Position numbers and translations under genes: made by a program. From NCBI GenBank assembly GCA_964502815.1, contig CAZCXV010000003.1, positions 4,694 through 68,693 on the forward strand: 64,000 nucleotides of DNA. Direction: 5' to 3'. Under the pieces are notes generated by a model. It was given only the letters and a program-made list of their open reading frames with translations, did no database searches and was not told the origin of the DNA. Shown here piece after piece: positions 18,083-27,659 of the stretch (positions are counted from its first letter, which is position 1; each line of letters opens with the position of its first letter). This DNA is from an uncultured Gammaproteobacteria bacterium. Its GTDB lineage: Bacteria > Patescibacteriota > Microgenomatia > UBA8517.

Positions 18083-19099
18083 ATGAATCTGCCAAAACTA
18101 ACTAGTTTAGACATCAACGGAAAGAAAGTAATAGTTAGAGTTGACTTGGACGTGGCAAAAATTGACAAAACAGATATTCGCCTTCAGGCTATGGTTCCAA
18201 CAGTAAAGTTTCTTTTGAAAGGTGGAGCTACACATATCTTTCTTGCTGGCCACATGGGTAGATATAAAGAAGGAGAAGAAGCAAAAAGTACAAAAGAATT
18301 ACTTCCTGTTCTTGAGGAACTGTTAGGTGAGGAGATTTCCTTTGGAGAAGAAATTGAGAATGGAATAAATATAAATCTACTTGAGAATTTAAGAAGCACT
18401 TCTAAAGAAGAAGATAATGATCAACAGTTTGCAAAGCATTTGGCCTCCTTAGCAGAGATATATATCAATGATGCTTTTGCTGTTTCTCACAGAAGACATG
18501 CTTCGGTTATTGCTTTACCTAAACTTTTGCCTCATGCAATAGGACTACATTTTGAAGTAGAAATTGAAAATTTAACTAAAGTTTTGGAAAATCCAGCCAG
18601 ACCATTAATTTCTCTAATAAGCGGAATTAAGGCAGACAAAATTGAAATGGTTGAAGGATTAAAATATTTCTCTGACAAAGTCCTTGTTGCAGGCCGTTTG
18701 CCTGAATATATTGATCCAGATTATGGCAAGACGGAAGGCAGGCCAGAATTTTTAAAAGACCCAAAAATCCTAGTTGCCAAGTTTATCCAAGACAGAGAAG
18801 ATATTACCATTCATTCTATTGAAATATTTGAAGAAGAAATCAAAAAAGCAAAAACAATAATATTGGCCGGCGTTATGGGCAAGTATGAAGAAGAAGGCCA
18901 CAGACAGGGGACTAAAAGAATATTTGAAGCAATTGCCAATGCTGGTGCTTTTAAAATTGCAGGTGGGGGAGATACGGAGACAGCTCTATCTATGTTTAAC
19001 TTAAAAGATAAATTTGATTGGATATCAGTAGGAGGTGGAGCGATGCTTGAGTTTTTAACCAAGAAAACTTTACCTGGCATCGAAGCGTTGCTACACTAA
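18083..19099 (+). CDS. pgk: Phosphoglycerate kinase (shortened form)
   Basis: VRVDLDV, GHMGR, LLENLR, NDAFAVSHR.HAS, GGGDT, ISVGGGAMLEFL...LPG. Confidence 0.93.
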   Translation: MNLPKLTSLDINGKKVIVRVDLDVAKIDKTDIRLQAMVPTVKFLLKGGATHIFLAGHMGRYKEGEEAKSTKELLPVLEELLGEEISFGEEIENGININLLENLRSTSKEEDNDQQFAKHLASLAEIYINDAFAVSHRRHASVIALPKLLPHAIGLHFEVEIENLTKVLENPARPLISLISGIKADKIEMVEGLKYFSDKVLVAGRLPEYIDPDYGKTEGRPEFLKDPKILVAKFIQDREDITIHSIEIFEEEIKKAKTIILAGVMGKYEEEGHRQGTKRIFEAIANAGAFKIAGGGDTETALSMFNLKDKFDWISVGGGAMLEFLTKKTLPGIEALLH

Positions 19100-19103
19100 A
19101 TAG

Positions 19104-20222
19104 ATGGTAAAAGTGGGAATTAATGGTTTTGGCAGAATTGGCAGAATTGCTTTTAGGATTGCCATGCTAAAACATCTTGAAGATTTGCAAATTGCTGCAA
19201 TCAATACTTCTGGATCGATGCCTGCTTCTGGTTGGGCGCATTTAGTGAATTTTGACACCATGTACAGAAAGTTTGATCTAGAGGTTAAGGCTGAAGAAAT
19301 AAAAGACCCAAAAGATGTCACAGATGAAGATCCTTTAATAGGTTACTTGACTATTCCAAACAGAAACATTAAAGTTCCAGTTTTGGCGCAAAAGGATCCA
19401 GAAAAACTGCCTTGGGCCAAATACGGCGTAGAAGTAGTTATTGAGTCCACTGGTAGGTTTACTTCTCAGGAAGATGCAAAAAAACACGCAATTGGTGGAG
19501 CCAAAAGAGTAATTATTTCAGCTCCATCAAAGGGAGGCAATGTTGGCACCTATGTGATAGGGGTGAATGAGATTCAAGGAAGCCCAGAGGTTATCTCAAA
19601 CGCTTCTTGCACTACAAATTGTGTAGCTCCTGTTGCAGCAGTGATTCATGCTAACTTTGGAGTTGAAAAAGCAGCAATTACTACAGCCCATGGTTATACT
19701 GATGACCAAAATCTGCAGGATAATTCCCACAAAGACTTAAGACGTGCCAGAGCTGCAGCCGAAAACATTGTTCCAACTTCAACTGGAGCTGCAATTGCCG
19801 TGACTGAAACCATACCAGAATTAAAAGGCCTTTTTGATGGAACAGCCATGAGGGTGCCTGTGGCTACGGGCTCAATTACTGATTTTACATTTGTAGTTAA
19901 AAGGCCAGTAACTATTGAAGAAGTAAACCAAGCTTTCAAAAACGCTGAAAGTAATCCTATTTACAAGGGAATATTAGCAACAAGTGAGCTTCCACTTGTT
20001 TCCTCAGACATAATTGGCAGGAGCGAATCAGCTATTGTTGATTTGCCCTTAACCCAGGTAATTGCAGGCAACTTAGTGAAAGTTTTTGCCTGGTATGACA
20101 ATGAATGGGGTTATGCCAATAGACTTCTTGAACAAGTTGTCAGAGTTGGAAGAACTATTGAAACAGCAACCATTCCAACCGATCCATTAACTTTAAGTTT
20201 TAAGCCGGTAACAGTAAAATGA
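19104..20222 (+). CDS. gap: Glyceraldehyde-3-phosphate dehydrogenase type I
   Basis: GINGFGRIGR, SNASCTTNC, WYDNEWGY. Confidence 0.97.
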   Translation: MVKVGINGFGRIGRIAFRIAMLKHLEDLQIAAINTSGSMPASGWAHLVNFDTMYRKFDLEVKAEEIKDPKDVTDEDPLIGYLTIPNRNIKVPVLAQKDPEKLPWAKYGVEVVIESTGRFTSQEDAKKHAIGGAKRVIISAPSKGGNVGTYVIGVNEIQGSPEVISNASCTTNCVAPVAAVIHANFGVEKAAITTAHGYTDDQNLQDNSHKDLRRARAAAENIVPTSTGAAIAVTETIPELKGLFDGTAMRVPVATGSITDFTFVVKRPVTIEEVNQAFKNAESNPIYKGILATSELPLVSSDIIGRSESAIVDLPLTQVIAGNLVKVFAWYDNEWGYANRLLEQVVRVGRTIETATIPTDPLTLSFKPVTVK

Positions 20223-20863
20223 AAGTTATTCCCTCAATATTGTCAAATGATCCAAGTGAAGTAAAAGATATGCTCTATAGGTGTCAGGATGCCGGTGTTG
20301 AAAGAGTGGAGATTGACATTATTGATGGAATTTATGCCAATAATAAAACTATCGACCCCTCCGCCTTGGAAAGTATTGATGTAAGTTTGTTGATAGATAT
20401 TCAGCTAATGGTCAAAGAACCAATTCATTGGATTGAAAAAAGCATACGTGCTGGAGCTGACCGGATTATTGGCCATATTGAAATGATGAGCGACCAAAGA
20501 GAGTTTATTCAAAAAGTCCAAGGTTTTGGTTGTGATGCAGGACTGGGGATAGATTTGAAAACCCCAATTTCTGCACTCAATCCTGCAATCGTTAACGATT
20601 TAGATGTTGTCCTTGTTATGAGTGTTCCTGCGGGTTTTGGCGGTCAAGAGTTTGATTTGTCCGTTTTAGAAAAATTCAAACAGTTAAATGCAATTCGCAA
20701 AAAAGATAACACGCCATTTCTAATTCGAGACGATGGAGGTGTGACTATCCAAAACATTGACGATGTGGCAGAATTAGGAGTAGACGAAGTGTCTATCGGA
20801 AGGAGATTATTTGCAGGTGAACTTGCCCAAAATATTAAAAAATTTACTGAAGCTGCCCGCTAG
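20219..20863 (+). CDS. rpe: Ribulose-phosphate 3-epimerase
   Basis: IPSIL, IDIIDG, VMSVPAGFGGQ, DGGV. Confidence 0.9.
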   Translation: MKVIPSILSNDPSEVKDMLYRCQDAGVERVEIDIIDGIYANNKTIDPSALESIDVSLLIDIQLMVKEPIHWIEKSIRAGADRIIGHIEMMSDQREFIQKVQGFGCDAGLGIDLKTPISALNPAIVNDLDVVLVMSVPAGFGGQEFDLSVLEKFKQLNAIRKKDNTPFLIRDDGGVTIQNIDDVAELGVDEVSIGRRLFAGELAQNIKKFTEAAR

Positions 20864-21470
20864 TGATGGAAGGCTCATCAAGAAAATCTCCTACTTTGGC
20901 TTTGCCGATGCAGATTCCGATGACCCTCTCTATAAAGAAGCCTATGATGTTGCCAAATACTTAACTGAAAGAGGCTTTATGGCAATAAATGGTGGCGGAC
21001 CTGGAGTAATGCGAGCTGTATCTGAGGGGGCAAGAGATGCTGGAGGGGAACCATTAGCAATTACTTTCTATCCCAAAAATATAACCAACTTTGAAGGCAG
21101 GGATCCTAATAATCCTGCTAAAAAAGAAATTGTCTGCAAAAATTATTTAGAGAGAACCTTGAAACTCCTTGAGGAGGGGGACGTATATGTAATTTTTAGG
21201 GGAGGCACTGGAACAATATCTGAATTTGGCATGGCTTGGGGACTTGCAAGGCTTTATTTTGGCCACCACAAGCCTTTAATTTTGTATGGCGATTATTGGC
21301 ATGAAATTGTTACTGCTTTCATTAGGACTATGAGAATCAGACCTGAAGATTTGAAAGTCTACAAAATAGTCAATACTCCACAGGAGGTGCACGAGGCAAT
21401 TGGGGAATTTGAAGCCGCAATTCAAAGACAAATGAATGTTCACGGTGAAGAAAAAGCATTTCAATTGTAA
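20811..21470 (+). CDS. LOG/SLOG family nucleotide-binding protein (start uncertain)
   Basis: NGGGPGVM.AVS.GA, GGTGTISE, KPLILYG. Confidence 0.85.
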   Translation: MQVNLPKILKNLLKLPASDGRLIKKISYFGFADADSDDPLYKEAYDVAKYLTERGFMAINGGGPGVMRAVSEGARDAGGEPLAITFYPKNITNFEGRDPNNPAKKEIVCKNYLERTLKLLEEGDVYVIFRGGTGTISEFGMAWGLARLYFGHHKPLILYGDYWHEIVTAFIRTMRIRPEDLKVYKIVNTPQEVHEAIGEFEAAIQRQMNVHGEEKAFQL

Positions 21471-21474
21471 ATAT

Positions 21475-22272
21475 ATGAACCATTCGATAGAAGAATTGAA
21501 ACAAATTGCCAAAAATATTCGCATTGATATTATTGAAATGCTCTTTGTTGCCGGAAGCGGACACACTGCAGGACCTTTGGGTTTGGCTGATATTATGACT
21601 GCCTTCTATTTTGAAATTTTAATGCCAGAAGACAAATTAATACTTTCTTGTGGCCACTATGTTCCCGTCAGATATGCTGCCATGGCAGAGAGGGGAATAA
21701 TTCCTAAGGAAGAATTAATGACTTTAAGAAAGTTTGACTCGAGGCTTCAAGGACATCCTGACAGAAGGTTTTTGCCAGAATTGGAAACAACTTCGGGGCC
21801 TTTAGGAAGTGGTTTAGCTCAAGCTGCGGGAATTGCCCTGGCTGCAAGGATGGATGATAAAAAAGAAATGAAAATTTACTGCATAACTTCTGACGGCGAG
21901 CACAATGAAGGCAATCATTGGGAAGCGGTCATGTTTGCGGCTAAATACAAGTTGGCAAATTTAATCTCAATCGTAGACAAAAATAATATTCAGATAGATG
22001 GAAAAACAACTGAAGTTATGCCAATAGATCCACTTGCTGACAAATATCGAGCTTTTAATTGGAATGTAATAGAAATAGGTGGCAATAATTTTAAAGAGAT
22101 ACTAACTGCTTTTGAAAATGCAAAAACTGAAGCTCAAAAACCAACTGTAATTATTGCTAACACTATTTCTGGAAAGGGAGTGAGTTTCATGGAAAATGAT
22201 TACACATGGCATGGAAAAGCACCAAACAAAGAAGAAGCTCAAAAAGCTTTGGAGGAATTAAATGCTAAATAA
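21475..22272 (+). CDS. Transketolase N-terminal subunit
   Basis: SGHTAG, LSCGH, LQGHP, SDGE..EG..WEA TPP-binding motif. Confidence 0.93.
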   Translation: MNHSIEELKQIAKNIRIDIIEMLFVAGSGHTAGPLGLADIMTAFYFEILMPEDKLILSCGHYVPVRYAAMAERGIIPKEELMTLRKFDSRLQGHPDRRFLPELETTSGPLGSGLAQAAGIALAARMDDKKEMKIYCITSDGEHNEGNHWEAVMFAAKYKLANLISIVDKNNIQIDGKTTEVMPIDPLADKYRAFNWNVIEIGGNNFKEILTAFENAKTEAQKPTVIIANTISGKGVSFMENDYTWHGKAPNKEEAQKALEELNAK

Positions 22273-23257
22273 AAATCTAAAATTATCAGACAAAGTATTT
22301 AGTCAAGATGTTCAAAAGATTCCTGTAAGGGATGGTTTTGGGGAAGGACTTTTATTGGCCGGAGAGAAAAATAATAATGTAGTTGTTCTGACTGCTGACT
22401 TGAAAAATTCAACTAGGACAACTTCTTTTTCGCAAAAATTCCCTGAAAGATTTTTTGAATGTGGGGTTGCAGAGCAAGTAATGGCAACAGTTGCTTCTGG
22501 TATGGCAAACTCAGGAAAAATTCCTTTTATTTGCTCTTTTGCAGTTTTTTCTCCAGGGAGAAATTGGGAACAGATTAGAACAACAATTGCAATAAATAAC
22601 TTTCCAGTAAAGATTGGAGGACTTTTTGGAGGAGTATCTGTCGGGGCTGATGGTGTAACTCACCAAGCTTTAGAAGATGTTGCTTTAATGCGAGTACTTC
22701 CCAATATGACAATTCTTGCACCTGCTGATAGTATTGAAGCCAGAAAAGCGGTTTTAAAAGCTGTAGAGGTAGAAGGACCTGTATACCTTAGAATCCCAAG
22801 AGTTGAATCACCAATATTCACAACCAATGAAACCCCTTTTGAAATTGGCAAAGCAAATATTTTTTGGGAAGGCAGGAATCCTCAAGCAGCAATAATGGCC
22901 TATGGACCAATTGTCTATGAAGCTTTACTTGTAGCAAAACAGTTAGAAGAAAGTGGTATTGAAACACAAGTAATAAACATGTATTCACTAAAACCTGCTG
23001 ACGAAGAAATGATAATTAGTATTGCTAGAAAAATTGGAGCAATTGTAACAGTTGAAGATCATCAAATTGCAGGGGGATTGGGGTCTATAGTTTCTGAAGT
23101 AACTGCTAGAAATCAGCCAGTGCCTATTGAGTTTATTGGAGTAAAAGATCAATTTGGGCAGTCAGGCAAGCCAGATGAATTATTAACCAAGTTTGGCTTA
23201 AAAAGTCAAAATATTATTGAAGCGGTTAGGAAAGTTATCACTAGAAAGAATTATTAA
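22262..23257 (+). CDS. Transketolase C-terminal subunit
   Basis: GVAEQ, GADGVTHQALED, VEDH...GGLGS. Confidence 0.93.
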   Translation: MLNKNLKLSDKVFSQDVQKIPVRDGFGEGLLLAGEKNNNVVVLTADLKNSTRTTSFSQKFPERFFECGVAEQVMATVASGMANSGKIPFICSFAVFSPGRNWEQIRTTIAINNFPVKIGGLFGGVSVGADGVTHQALEDVALMRVLPNMTILAPADSIEARKAVLKAVEVEGPVYLRIPRVESPIFTTNETPFEIGKANIFWEGRNPQAAIMAYGPIVYEALLVAKQLEESGIETQVINMYSLKPADEEMIISIARKIGAIVTVEDHQIAGGLGSIVSEVTARNQPVPIEFIGVKDQFGQSGKPDELLTKFGLKSQNIIEAVRKVITRKNY

Positions 23258-23541
23258 TAGGCTGCTCCTTGGAAGTTGTCACAATTTTTCTTGTACCAAT
23301 CCAATGCTTCTTTGGAACACTTCTTTCTATCTTGCCCGTTTAAAATTGGCATGCAATTTATCCAACCATTTGCTGGACATTGATATGAAGATTGTGTCTG
23401 ATTTGGATTTGTGGTTGGAGTAGGAGATGGGGTTAACTTAGAAAGTTTTTTTACTGGCCCAAATTTGAAAAAGGTGGCAAAAATAATCATTAGGGTACAA
23501 AGAGCCAAATACATCAAAAATACATCTTTTCTCACTTTCAT
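23254..23541 (-). CDS. Small membrane-anchored Cys-rich protein
   Basis: N-terminal TM, Pro/Thr linker, CP...W.NCMP...C...W...NC. Confidence 0.65.
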   Translation of the reverse strand: MKVRKDVFLMYLALCTLMIIFATFFKFGPVKKLSKLTPSPTPTTNPNQTQSSYQCPANGWINCMPILNGQDRKKCSKEALDWYKKNCDNFQGAAY

Positions 23542-23583
23542 ATTTCCATTCTCGGTCAGTTTTGGCTAAATAGCAAGATACTC

Positions 23584-23610
23584 TTGACAAGGGTTATAAC
23601 CTGTTATAAT
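23584..23610 (+). promoter_or_regulatory. Promoter/operator of the AbrB/MazE-like gene
   Basis: TTGACA at 23584, TATAAT at 23605, perfect palindrome GGTTATAACC at 23592-23601 plus a second GTTATAAT half-site. Confidence 0.65.
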
Positions 23611-23612
23611 TG

Positions 23613-23900
23613 ATGATGTTCAAACTTAAAGCTGTAAAAATTGGCAATTCTGTTGGTTTTATTATTCCAAGAGAAATTAGAGATCAATTGAATATAAAGG
23701 CTGGAGAGAATTACGAAGTTTCTTATAACAAAGATAAAAAAGTGCTTTATATTTACTTTGGAGATAAGCAATCTAAAAATTATAAGTATTCATCTGGATC
23801 TTTGGAATTTAAGAAATGGCTAAAAGAGGCAATGGTAGAAGATTCTAAAATTTTAGATTTACTTGCAGGTGAAGTTCAAAAGCGCTCTCGAAAAAAATAG
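23613..23900 (+). CDS. AbrB/MazE/SpoVT-family DNA-binding protein (antitoxin-like)
   Basis: KIGNSVGFIIPREI...LNIKAGE; C-terminal ...ILDLLA. Confidence 0.85.
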   Translation: MMFKLKAVKIGNSVGFIIPREIRDQLNIKAGENYEVSYNKDKKVLYIYFGDKQSKNYKYSSGSLEFKKWLKEAMVEDSKILDLLAGEVQKRSRKK

Positions 23901-23925
23901 CACTTCATGCTACAGTTAGATACAT

Positions 23926-24942
23926 ATGGATGCTGCCCAACTAAGAACTGTTGCTCAAAAAATAATGACTCCAGGAAAAGGCATCCTTGCGACTGACGGC
24001 CGAAGTGAGGGTATGCAGAAGAGGTTTGAAAGTGCTGGCATCGAATATTCTGAGGAATTAGACAAGAAATTCAGAAGCCTTTTTTATACTACTGAGGGAA
24101 TTGAAAACTATATAAGCGGGGTGATTTTAAATGAGACAACAGTTGATTGGCAAACCCCGGATGGAACCAATTTTGCTAAACTTCTAGAAAATAAAGGTAT
24201 TTTGCTTGGTGTAAAAGTAGATAAGGGAGTTATTGACATTGCCAATTTTTCAGATGAAAAAGTAACTGAAGGTATGGATAATTTACGTCAAAGATTTACG
24301 GATTTATCGGCTAAGGGAATCAAGTTTGCCAAATGGCGGGCAGTTTTTTTGGCTGAGGATGGCAAACCATCACAGCCGGTTATTACCTCCAATTGTGATT
24401 TAATGGCCAGGTATGCTGCTCTTTGCCAGGAGTGTGGGTTAGTCCCAATTGTTGAGCCGGAAGTGTTAATGGACGGGAGTCACACAATAGAGCAAACAAG
24501 TGGAGCAACTGTAAAGGTTCTAAAAACTTTTTTTAACTATCTATTTGAACACAAGGTCATAATGAATACCGTTATTTTAAAAGTTAACATGGCAGTGCCT
24601 GGTAAAGAAAGTCAGATTGAAACTCCAGATGTAGTTGCAGTCAAAACTTTGGAAATGCTTCATGCAGGAGCTTCAGTTGGCTTGGCTGGGATTGTTTTTC
24701 TGTCAGGAGGACAAGATGCAATTGAGGCTACAAAAAATTTAAACGCGATAGTCAAAAAACATGATGGTAATCCCTGGGAGTTAACTTTTTCTTTTGAGAG
24801 AGCTTTAACTGAGCCGTCGATGGAAATCTGGAAAGGCAAAGAGGAAAATGTTGACGCGGCCCAAAAAGAATTTTTAAAAAGGGCAAAATTAAATTCTTTG
24901 GCAAGCTTTGGAAAATATGACGAGGGTATGGAAAATGAATAA
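23926..24942 (+). CDS. Fructose-bisphosphate aldolase class I
   Basis: GKGILA.D, GVKVDKG, FAKWRAV, LVPIVEPEV, FLSGGQ. Confidence 0.93.
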   Translation: MDAAQLRTVAQKIMTPGKGILATDGRSEGMQKRFESAGIEYSEELDKKFRSLFYTTEGIENYISGVILNETTVDWQTPDGTNFAKLLENKGILLGVKVDKGVIDIANFSDEKVTEGMDNLRQRFTDLSAKGIKFAKWRAVFLAEDGKPSQPVITSNCDLMARYAALCQECGLVPIVEPEVLMDGSHTIEQTSGATVKVLKTFFNYLFEHKVIMNTVILKVNMAVPGKESQIETPDVVAVKTLEMLHAGASVGLAGIVFLSGGQDAIEATKNLNAIVKKHDGNPWELTFSFERALTEPSMEIWKGKEENVDAAQKEFLKRAKLNSLASFGKYDEGMENE

Positions 24943-25924
24943 TGAATTTGACTTGTTGACCATTGGGGATGCGACAATTGACGTTTTTTTGACTCCGACC
25001 GATTCTGACCTCTTTTGCAACATGAACGATAAAACCTGTGAAGTTTGTTTTACCTATGGGGCAAAAATTCCGGTTAAAAATATGGAGTTTTCAATTGGTG
25101 GCAATGCAGCTAATAATGCAATTGGTGTAAAAAGGCTAGGTTTGAAGACTGCAATTGTGCTTTCTCTGGGTGATGACAGTGTGGGGAAAATGATTTTAGA
25201 CAGACTAACTTCTGAAGGAGTGTCAACTAAGTATGTAAATGAGCAAACCGGAGCCCATTCTAACTATTCAACGATTATTTCATATGGAGGAGAGCGGACA
25301 ATATTTACTTATCATGCGCCAAGAGTTTACGAATTACCCCAAAATCTTATTCAAACTCCTTGGCTCTATTTAACTTCTATGGGAGAAGGCTACAGACCTT
25401 TCTATGACCAAGTTATAAAGTGGCTTAGTGACAAGACAAAGCTCGCTTTTAACCCAGGCAGTTGGCAATTAAAAAATGGCTTGGAGTCAATTCATGACAT
25501 TGTTGCAAGAACTTTTGTTTTGTTTGTAAATAGAGAAGAGGCACAAATTTTGACAAACTCAAAAGAAACTCAGGGAAAAGAAAAGGAACTTTTGAAAGCT
25601 CTTTTTGATTTAGGAGTAGAAATTCCTGTGGTAACAGATGGCAACAATGGTGCTTTTGCTTTTGATGGAGAGAAATACTTGAAAGTGGGGGTACTTCCGA
25701 TTGATGCATATGAAAGGACGGGAGCAGGAGATGCTTTTGGCTCAGGATTCTTGGCAAGTTATATTAAAGATAATGATTTAAATAAAGCCCTTCTTTCTGG
25801 AACAGTAAATTCAGCTTCAGTTATTGGTTATACAGGGAGCCAAAGAGGGCTTCTTAGGGAAACTGAAATTAGTCAGTGGCTAGAAAGAGCAAAAAGCAGT
25901 GAAGTAAATGTGGTAGAGTTTTAG
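24935..25924 (+). CDS. PfkB-family carbohydrate kinase
   Basis: GGNAANNA, FNPG, NREEA, TGAGDAFGSGF. Confidence 0.92.
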   Translation: MNNEFDLLTIGDATIDVFLTPTDSDLFCNMNDKTCEVCFTYGAKIPVKNMEFSIGGNAANNAIGVKRLGLKTAIVLSLGDDSVGKMILDRLTSEGVSTKYVNEQTGAHSNYSTIISYGGERTIFTYHAPRVYELPQNLIQTPWLYLTSMGEGYRPFYDQVIKWLSDKTKLAFNPGSWQLKNGLESIHDIVARTFVLFVNREEAQILTNSKETQGKEKELLKALFDLGVEIPVVTDGNNGAFAFDGEKYLKVGVLPIDAYERTGAGDAFGSGFLASYIKDNDLNKALLSGTVNSASVIGYTGSQRGLLRETEISQWLERAKSSEVNVVEF

Positions 25925-25939
25925 TCTTAATGTCCTTTT

Positions 25940-27658
25940 ATGACAGATAATCTTTCTGAACCAGAAACAACAAAAGAAATATCATCTCCAAAAAAACTAA
26001 CTCGGAGGGATTTTTTACAGTTTACCTCGTTGGGTGCAGTTGCTCTTGGAGGCCTTCGTATTTTTAAGGGATGGATGGATAATGTTGGTGAATCTTGGAA
26101 ACCACAAGGTAAATTATTAACTGCTGGAGAAATAGAAAATAATGGCAAAATATCTGAATTGTTTAAAGGTTCACAAATCTCTTCTTCAGAAAGAACCCTT
26201 AATTTAGAAAGAGGTGGTTTATCTGAGTGGGATCCTCTTTACAAAGCGTGGAGAAACTTTAGAGAGAAATATGGATGTTTGCCAGATATATGGGGTCAGT
26301 ATTTAGATATATTGGATCAAGTTGCTACAAAAAGTGCACAGCCTTCAGTGTTTGAAAAAGAAATCCTTGATAATCTTCAAGCCAAATGGGGAGACAAAAT
26401 AAAAGATGTGGATAGTGATGCTTTGCAACATGCCAGTATGGTGGCTATTGAATATAAACAGGGTGTAATTGCAGACAATGGCCTTGCCAGAGATTTTCTG
26501 GTAACTATTGCTAAAGCTTTTCCTATTCAATCTTTTTGCTTTAATAGAATTCAAGTGAGAGAAGGAGTTGGAGGTCATGCTGGAAGTGCAGACTATATTG
26601 AAATTGCAGACATGAGTCAAGATTGGGAAAATGCAATTATTACCACTGTCCACGAGATTGGACACGTTACCCACGATTTTCGTAGATCGCTTCCACAAAT
26701 AAGGGATTATTTAACAAAAGAGGAATTTGCAGATTATCTTTTGTCTTTTACTCAAGCAGTAGATAAAATGATGCAACTTTTTATTGACAGTAGTCCTGAG
26801 GAAGCTTCAAAACTAAAAAACGGCGAGCCAATATTGGCAGGCCCTTCACTATTTAGAACTCCTGAAATGTGGAAGATTATGAACTGGATTAATTCTGTTG
26901 ATGGGAGAATATTGTCAGATCAGGAAATTTTAAGATTTTTTGAAAACGAAGGAGGGGGAACTGATGAACAAAAAGAACTGTTATTAAAAACAAGAAAAGT
27001 CATTTTGGCAGAATTTGAGGATCTTGAGAATCGGGAAAGGCTCTTTGATATAGACGTCCCAAATGGAACAACTTACTCTGTGTCGTCGTTTCGTGACAGA
27101 TACCAGTCTGTTTATAGAAAAGCGATTAAATTTTATCTCGGAGGAGATAGTAATAATGTTAAAAAAGCAATAGAAATGTATAAATCTGTTAAACAAGAAA
27201 CGGGTTATTACGATGAAGAAAGTGTGTGGTCTGAGATCTCATTTAGAATGTTATACGGGAGAGCTGGTATGTATGAATATGGTAGTGAAATTTGGAACAG
27301 TTATATTTACAATCAACCAAAAGGAAAAGAAGAATTCATGAAATTTATTGATTTTCTAGATCAGCAAGGTCAAAAAACGAAGCAATTATGGTTTAAGGAA
27401 AAAGATTTTGAAAAATTTCAAGAAAGTCAAAAATTGGTAGAGGCCTTGGTAGGTGAGATTTCACATTACTTTATTGGTCCACCCCAAAGAAGTGGTGAAA
27501 GGGGGGGTGGACTTACAAGAGTTGTTGAGGATATCCCCCAAACAGAGATTGAACAACTAAATCACATGCTTTATGGTGTAAGATGGAGAGTGTTTGGTAA
27601 CCTAGAAGAAATTCCAAACTATTCTGAGATATTAAAAAAATTTAAAATAGAGCCTTGA
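25940..27658 (+). CDS. Hypothetical protein with twin-arginine-like N-terminus and HExxH motif
   Basis: LTRRDFL plus a hydrophobic stretch; TTVHEIGH. Confidence 0.6.
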   Translation: MTDNLSEPETTKEISSPKKLTRRDFLQFTSLGAVALGGLRIFKGWMDNVGESWKPQGKLLTAGEIENNGKISELFKGSQISSSERTLNLERGGLSEWDPLYKAWRNFREKYGCLPDIWGQYLDILDQVATKSAQPSVFEKEILDNLQAKWGDKIKDVDSDALQHASMVAIEYKQGVIADNGLARDFLVTIAKAFPIQSFCFNRIQVREGVGGHAGSADYIEIADMSQDWENAIITTVHEIGHVTHDFRRSLPQIRDYLTKEEFADYLLSFTQAVDKMMQLFIDSSPEEASKLKNGEPILAGPSLFRTPEMWKIMNWINSVDGRILSDQEILRFFENEGGGTDEQKELLLKTRKVILAEFEDLENRERLFDIDVPNGTTYSVSSFRDRYQSVYRKAIKFYLGGDSNNVKKAIEMYKSVKQETGYYDEESVWSEISFRMLYGRAGMYEYGSEIWNSYIYNQPKGKEEFMKFIDFLDQQGQKTKQLWFKEKDFEKFQESQKLVEALVGEISHYFIGPPQRSGERGGGLTRVVEDIPQTEIEQLNHMLYGVRWRVFGNLEEIPNYSEILKKFKIEP

Positions 27659-27659
27659 G

